Origin: a virus
Reading direction: 5' to 3' (one strand)
Length of the DNA stretch: 57,992 bases
IMG/VR virus record: IMGVR_UViG_3300033141_003442
In this document: piece by piece, positions 53,144 to 57,992 of the stretch
How the letters are laid out: every line of letters starts with the position of its first letter
Numbering within the stretch: the stretch's first letter is position 1
The notes under the pieces: model-generated
Seen by the model: only the letters and a program-made list of their open reading frames with translations
What the model was told of the DNA's origin: nothing
Databases searched by the model: none
Translations under genes and position numbers: made by a program

Positions 53144-54331
53144 ATGACTATTACGGACGGGAAAGGTGATTTAATTTATTCCAGTAGAGATTTAAAAAGA
53201 AAATTTCCAGAACAAGGTTTTTATAACCATATCAAAATTGATACTAGTGGTATAGTTTTAAGTAATAGTTGCCGTCCTTTTTTAGATATAGATGGGAATG
53301 CTATAAATGATGGTAGTATTCCTGATAGTAAAATAATAGATGTAGATTTTGCCAAAATAAAAAATGTTTTAATAGATACAGCACAAATTAAAGATGCTGC
53401 CATTACAACTGCTAAGATAGCCGACCTTGCCGTAACAAATGCCAAAATAGCAAATGCTGCTATTACTAATGCCAAAATAGCTAATTTAGCCGTAACAAAT
53501 GCTAAAATAGCTGACTTATCTGCTTCAAAAATCAATGCAGGATATATTGTTACTACTCAATTAGAGGCAGGTTCTAATCCTTCCACTGGATGTATTTTGG
53601 ACGGTAATGGTTTACGAGCCTATAAATCAGGCACAAAGATGGTGGATATAAGCGAAGACCCATTTTTTAGAGGTGTAGGGCATTTTGGGGATGATAATTT
53701 TTTTATAGAAATAGGGAATGATACTTATCCAGGATATATTTTGTTTGAAAAAGATAGTGAATACAAAACGCAGATTTATATAGCAGGGACAAATTATAAT
53801 GAGTTATATATTACTGCAAAAAGTAGAATACACTTTTTCCCTGGAAGCGCAGTGCGGTTTAGGGTCACTGATACAGAAAATATTTCAATCACTCTTCGTC
53901 CTTGGTCAGATGCCGCTTCTGACCTTGGAACATCCTCTTATGCATGGAACAATGTTTATTATTGTGTGGCAAATGATGTTTGCTCGCTTGGAGTAGTAGA
54001 AGAAATATCAAATCCACTTGAACTGCTTAAAAATATTAAGGTCAGTAAAGACAAATATACCCCAAAAGAAATCCCTAAGGCAGATTACAAAACTCTACCC
54101 AAATTTATTAAAACGGTAAAGTATAGTGATTTAAAAAAGAGTAAGAAAAACTTTAAAGAACATTTACAAAGCGTTTTATCTAAAAATGCAGAAGTAACTT
54201 ATGAGGATGATAAAAAAGTAACTGTAAAAATAGAGGCATTAGATATAACAGCAACAATAAGTCTATTATTAGGGGCTATAAGACAATTAAGTGAGAAGAT
54301 AGAAGCATTAGAAAGGGGTAATATACAATGA
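53144..54331 (+). CDS. Tail fibre protein with tandem A/T-K-I-A repeats
   Basis: Repeats AAITTAKIADLAVTNAKIANAAITNAKIANLAVTNAKIADL; C-terminal coiled-coil-like region. Confidence 0.55.
   Translation: MTITDGKGDLIYSSRDLKRKFPEQGFYNHIKIDTSGIVLSNSCRPFLDIDGNAINDGSIPDSKIIDVDFAKIKNVLIDTAQIKDAAITTAKIADLAVTNAKIANAAITNAKIANLAVTNAKIADLSASKINAGYIVTTQLEAGSNPSTGCILDGNGLRAYKSGTKMVDISEDPFFRGVGHFGDDNFFIEIGNDTYPGYILFEKDSEYKTQIYIAGTNYNELYITAKSRIHFFPGSAVRFRVTDTENISITLRPWSDAASDLGTSSYAWNNVYYCVANDVCSLGVVEEISNPLELLKNIKVSKDKYTPKEIPKADYKTLPKFIKTVKYSDLKKSKKNFKEHLQSVLSKNAEVTYEDDKKVTVKIEALDITATISLLLGAIRQLSEKIEALERGNIQ
53389..53520 (+). repeat. Tandem roughly 30-nt coding repeats in the tail fibre gene
   Basis: Repeated gccgtaacaaatgccaaaatagc-like units; these create the spurious antisense ORF 53221..53535. 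Confidence 0.65.
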
Positions 54332-54516
54332 AAGAATTAAAACAAAAAATTATGGAAATACTTGCTGTATTTAAACAAGAAGAATTAGGTAATAGGCTTT
54401 CTCAATTTTCTATAAATGGTCTAATTATAGCAATTGATAATGTATTTGAGGAAGAAATGAAGAAAGATAAAAAGGAGGAAAAGATAAATGGCAAAGATGT
54501 TCAAAAGAACAAGTGA
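54328..54516 (+). CDS. Hypothetical protein (62 aa)
   Basis: ORF track; stop/start overlaps. Confidence 0.35.
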   Translation: MKELKQKIMEILAVFKQEELGNRLSQFSINGLIIAIDNVFEEEMKKDKKEEKINGKDVQKNK

Positions 54517-55099
54517 TACTGATATGGTAGGAACTTTTCTTGCACTGCAAAAAGTAAGTGATAAGTATCCCTGGGGTAATGGTTTTACTTATCTTTTAAT
54601 GCTTAATCCTTCTCCTTCAGATTTGGATGGTGATGATACATTGGATTATGAAGAAAAAACAAATATTACTGATACTTCTGAAGCATTACAAATTGGTAAG
54701 ACTTTTGTATTTGCAGATTTATTACCTGCAGATGGTAATTTACCAAGAGTTGCACGTGGCGGTTATGTTAGGGCTGTGGTGCAGGCTGGCATTGCAAGAA
54801 CAGGTAGCACTGATGGAAATGTTTATCTGACTAAAATCACTTTTGACCTGGGCTATGTAGATTCCAGCAGCAACTTTATTTCTAAATCTAGTGCAAACGC
54901 AACACCTAATTTTCACACAAATGAGACGGATTATCAGCTTTGTAGTAGCCAAGTTTGGCTTGATTATAATTTTGATATACCTAGCGGGTATATGCTTGCT
55001 CTGCGAGTAAGGCTTTATGGTTATATTGCTACAACTGAAAGTGGTAAGATGAAATTGTGTTGTAGTAGGGGCTCTTCCGACAGTTATCTGGAGTTTTAG
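54488..55099 (+). CDS. Hypothetical structural protein (203 aa)
   Basis: ORF with SD AAAAGGAGGAAAAG. Confidence 0.5.
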   Translation: MAKMFKRTSDTDMVGTFLALQKVSDKYPWGNGFTYLLMLNPSPSDLDGDDTLDYEEKTNITDTSEALQIGKTFVFADLLPADGNLPRVARGGYVRAVVQAGIARTGSTDGNVYLTKITFDLGYVDSSSNFISKSSANATPNFHTNETDYQLCSSQVWLDYNFDIPSGYMLALRVRLYGYIATTESGKMKLCCSRGSSDSYLEF

Positions 55100-55102
55100 G
55101 AG

Positions 55103-55291
55103 GTGAATATGAAAGTTTTGGGCTTGTCATATTATCCACTGGATTGCAGGTTAGGAAAATGGTCGCCAGATGAAGTCCGTGAAAACATGTATCGCTCACC
55201 AATTTACAGAATGTTGCGAAGCTTGCCACACAGCATGATATATACGAGAGTGCCTTGGAAACAGATACAAGGAGGAAATTGTGCCAAGTAG
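55103..55291 (+). CDS. Hypothetical protein (62 aa)
   Basis: ORF with SD AGGAGGTGAATATG. Confidence 0.4.
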   Translation: MNMKVLGLSYYPLDCRLGKWSPDEVRENMYRSPIYRMLRSLPHSMIYTRVPWKQIQGGNCAK

Positions 55292-55487
55292 AAGTAGGGC
55301 TCAACACCGTTTAATGAGTATGGCTTATTGTTATAAGAAAGGACAATGCAAATTATCAAATTTTCCTATAGGTGTAAGAAAGAAAATACAAAAAATAGCT
55401 AAGAATATGACTTTGAGCCAATTAAGAGATTTTGCTAAGACAAAAGAAACTGGATTGCCATATAGAAAGAAAAAACGGAGGAAATGA
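55281..55487 (+). CDS. Small basic protein (68 aa)
   Basis: ORF track; Lys/Arg-rich C-terminus. Confidence 0.35.
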   Translation: MPSRSRAQHRLMSMAYCYKKGQCKLSNFPIGVRKKIQKIAKNMTLSQLRDFAKTKETGLPYRKKKRRK

Positions 55488-55708
55488 AAATGCCATCTAA
55501 CAGTAATAATCTTATTGGGATTATTAACAGAGAGACATTTGAAACATTAGATACTGAACAAAAGTTGCAATTGATTTATGGAATTTTACTTGAGATACAA
55601 AAAGAAATGAAAACAAAAAAGCGAGCAGATAAATTTTTTAGTTTTGTTGGCGGAGTTATAGGTGGCATTCTTTTTTGGTTAGGCATAAAAATAAATAAAG
55701 GAGGATAG
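55484..55708 (+). CDS. Small protein with C-terminal TM helix
   Basis: C-terminus FFSFVGGVIGGILFWLGIKI. Confidence 0.4.
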   Translation: MKMPSNSNNLIGIINRETFETLDTEQKLQLIYGILLEIQKEMKTKKRADKFFSFVGGVIGGILFWLGIKINKGG

Positions 55709-55716
55709 AATATATT

Positions 55717-56688
55717 ATGTATCAGGCAAGTGGTTATTTAGAAGTAAATGGCACTAAATTTCCTGTTGTTATGGATAATGGTATTTATTATTTAATGGAC
55801 CCAAATACAGAACAAGCCATTGCTTATTTTAATCCTAGCGACCCTAATTTACAAATTATGGATTATAATACAAATCAACCTATAGGAGTATTTGACTATA
55901 ATAATAACAGAGTAATTGGTATTGGTGCTTATGAAGGGATTGTAGGTTCTTATAGACCTTTTACATCTGCAACAATAAATGAAGTTTTTACTCCTATTGG
56001 AGAAACTGTTATAGGCAATACTCAATATTTTGTTGCTCCATATCAAGGTAAGAATTGGCTTATAAATCCACAAACAGGTGAAGCTCCTTTTTATGCAGAT
56101 GATAATGGGAATATTTATGATGCTGTAACAGGCCAAATAGTGGGGAAAGGACAACCAGACCCAACTTCACCTACTGGTGCATGGACTGTTACTATTGGTA
56201 ATGCCATAGGTGCTTATCAGCCTTATCAAGCAGGATTTAATATTCCTACTAATTTATTTCCTTTTACCACAAGAGAGCAAGAAGAGCAAAGTTGGCAAGA
56301 AAGTCAAAGCCGTCAATATTTGCCTGAATGGGCAGCTAAATTATTAGAAGAAATAGTAACTACTTTAAAAAATCCATCTGCTTTTGCTTATTCTGTTAAA
56401 CCTGCAATAAATCAAGCATTTACTAGAACATTAGGAGAGTTAGCTAAAAGAGGAGTGATAGGTGGACGTGCTGGCGGTAGTAGTGTTGTTTCTAAAGCGT
56501 TAGGAGAAGTAGGTAGAGCTATACCTCAAGCATGGGGACAAACATTAATAGGTGCAGGAGGGTTGTTAGGGCAGGCAAGAGAAGCTACTGCACAAAGTAG
56601 TGGTGGTGGTTGGGGACGGTCTTATACTTACCAGGCCAATCCTTTAGCACCATATACTTTAATGGGAAGTTTATTAGACTTATTATAG
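55717..56688 (+). CDS. Hypothetical virion protein (323 aa), Gly-rich C-terminus
   Basis: ORF with SD AAAGGAGGATAG. Confidence 0.5.
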   Translation: MYQASGYLEVNGTKFPVVMDNGIYYLMDPNTEQAIAYFNPSDPNLQIMDYNTNQPIGVFDYNNNRVIGIGAYEGIVGSYRPFTSATINEVFTPIGETVIGNTQYFVAPYQGKNWLINPQTGEAPFYADDNGNIYDAVTGQIVGKGQPDPTSPTGAWTVTIGNAIGAYQPYQAGFNIPTNLFPFTTREQEEQSWQESQSRQYLPEWAAKLLEEIVTTLKNPSAFAYSVKPAINQAFTRTLGELAKRGVIGGRAGGSSVVSKALGEVGRAIPQAWGQTLIGAGGLLGQAREATAQSSGGGWGRSYTYQANPLAPYTLMGSLLDLL

Positions 56689-56698
56689 GAGGCTAAAG

Positions 56699-57097
56699 AT
56701 GGATTATATTAAAATTAAAGCTATATTAACAAATGCTTTAATGAATGGAGATATGCAAACTACTGCAGCTATTCTTGCTCAATTAGGTATTGACCCTAAT
56801 ATTGCTTTAACATATATGAATGCTATTACTCCAAGGATACCAGGTGAAGTTCCAGCAAATAGTTTATTTGATTTATTAGGAGCAACTCCTAGAATGTCTC
56901 AATTACAGCCTCCCCCTGCTACTACTCAGCAACAACAACCACAAATTCCTACTCTTCCTCAATCTCAATTTAAATTAAATCTTAAATCTTCTACTCCTGA
57001 TATAAATAAGAATTTGTATTGGCAACCTGGGCAAACGCCTAATACTACAACTACTACCAGTCGTAAGAAAGACCTTATTTCTTTATTAGGGCTATAA
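56699..57097 (+). CDS. Hypothetical protein (132 aa), Gln/Pro/Thr-rich
   Basis: ORF with SD GGAGG. Confidence 0.45.
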   Translation: MDYIKIKAILTNALMNGDMQTTAAILAQLGIDPNIALTYMNAITPRIPGEVPANSLFDLLGATPRMSQLQPPPATTQQQQPQIPTLPQSQFKLNLKSSTPDINKNLYWQPGQTPNTTTTTSRKKDLISLLGL

Positions 57098-57099
57098 AA

Positions 57100-57558
57100 A
57101 TGAAAGGCATTTTAATTGCAAATGATGCTATTTGGCAAAAGTATAAAGAGCAATTACTTCCCTTAATGGAAGATTATAATAAAAGAGCTAAAAAGCATTG
57201 TGTATTTAATGATTATAAAGATTGGGATATGGTAGAGTGGATAGATAATTTTATAAATTATCCACAAATTATGATGTGTGCTATTTGGGATGAAGAAAAA
57301 GATAAATTTATTGGATTTGTTGTTTTTGAGATAGTAAATTTCGTAGATATGATAATCTTATTCTGGAGACAAACTTATGTTATTCCTGAAATAAACTTTT
57401 CAAAAATTATTGGGAATATAATAGAAATTATAACGCCAATTTCTTTATTTTTAGGAATAAATTTATGGATAACTTTAAGTTTGAGTGATTCAATAAATAA
57501 AGTTTTAAAGAAATATGATGTTACTCATAGTGGATATTTTTGGAAGATAAAAATATAG
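57100..57558 (+). CDS. Membrane protein (hydrophobic C-terminal segments)
   Basis: IITPISLFLGINLWITLSL segment. Confidence 0.4.
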   Translation: MKGILIANDAIWQKYKEQLLPLMEDYNKRAKKHCVFNDYKDWDMVEWIDNFINYPQIMMCAIWDEEKDKFIGFVVFEIVNFVDMIILFWRQTYVIPEINFSKIIGNIIEIITPISLFLGINLWITLSLSDSINKVLKKYDVTHSGYFWKIKI

Positions 57559-57572
57559 TAAGGGGGTGAATT

Positions 57573-57992
57573 ATGCCAGCACCAGTAGCTGCAGCAGGAA
57601 TAATTGGAGCGAGCACTTTAGGTGCAGCAGCTTTGAGTAAAGGAGGCCAAAAAGCAGGTAAAGTTCCTAGACCTTCAGCAGAAGAAAGGTCACTTCAAAA
57701 AGCTTTATTACCTTTATTATTATCTTCTTTATATGAAAAACCTGAAGATGCTTTACGTGCTCCTAAAAGTTGGACACAAGAAGAATGGGAAGCTTATTTA
57801 AGGGAAACAGGTATCCCTGTTGATTTAGTTAAATCAGGTATTTTAAGTAAGTATAAAAAAACAATTGATGAGATTGAGAAAATGATTGCTGGTATGTCAG
57901 AAAGAGAAAAAGAAGAGCTTGCACCAATTATTGAAGATTATGAAAGATATAAAAAATCTTTAGAACCAGGGTTAAAATCAGTTCCATTATCG
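57573..57992 (+). CDS. N-terminal portion of the junction-spanning ORF (continues at window position 115-480)
   Basis: ATG 57573 with SD AGGGGGTGA; open to the window end, in frame with ORF 4..480 through the duplicated 114 bp. Confidence 0.6.
   Translation, partial: MPAPVAAAGIIGASTLGAAALSKGGQKAGKVPRPSAEERSLQKALLPLLLSSLYEKPEDALRAPKSWTQEEWEAYLRETGIPVDLVKSGILSKYKKTIDEIEKMIAGMSEREKEELAPIIEDYERYKKSLEPGLKSVPLS

Noticed and set aside
53221-53535. 104-aa minus-strand ORF rich in AILA repeats
   Set aside because: Antisense artefact of the tail-fibre tandem repeats; the sense frame encodes the conserved repeat protein.
1-57992. CRISPR array or diversity-generating retroelement
   Set aside because: No array of regularly spaced identical direct repeats with unique spacers, and no reverse-transcriptase-like ORF. 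The only tandem repeats are coding repeats or iteron-like.
1-57992. Integrase or lysogeny module
   Set aside because: No tyrosine or serine recombinase motifs were recognised in any ORF; the divergent promoters at 39.9-40.0 kb are therefore not interpreted as a lysogeny switch.

Overview
The window reads as a complete, circularly closed (or terminally redundant) AT-rich tailed-phage genome of about 57.9 kb: positions 1-114 are identical to 57879-57992, and one ORF runs in frame across that junction. Nothing here was computed or searched; all calls rest on reading the six-frame track and the sequence by eye. Layout: (i) a plus-strand virion block (57573 wrapping to 480, then 491-8884) containing a giant 2075-aa protein with an HExxH motif and a holin-like gene; (ii) a metallophosphoesterase followed by a solo tnpB (RuvC-like D/E/D plus zinc finger) bracketed by two similar subterminal hairpins, i.e. 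an apparent IS200/IS605-family element with no tnpA; (iii) plus-strand accessory genes (lipoprotein, beta-helix protein with nine 20-aa tandem repeats, permuted papain-like protein, PP-loop/PAPS-reductase-like protein); (iv) a large terminase on the minus strand, divergent from a probable portal and scaffold-like gene; (v) a roughly 23-kb minus-strand block of small, Zn-ribbon-rich genes that includes the endolysin amidase, a dNK-like kinase, RyR-domain and HicB-like proteins, an RHH protein, a RecA-fold ATPase, a replication-initiator-like gene with internal iteron-like repeats, RecT, YopX and a PD-(D/E)xK nuclease; (vi) a control region around 44.9-46.3 kb with sigma70-like promoters, operator-like palindromes and an HTH-HNH endonuclease; (vii) a late block with probable major capsid, a lysine-rich basic protein, beta-helix tailspike and repeat-rich tail fibre. 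No tRNA, rRNA, CRISPR array, integrase or reverse transcriptase was recognised. Strong GGAGG Shine-Dalgarno use and K/E/I-rich proteins suggest a low-GC, possibly thermophilic or anaerobic bacterial host, but that is speculation. The most notable items are the phage-borne TnpB element, the giant HExxH protein, the iterons inside the replication gene, and the divergent-promoter and operator architecture.
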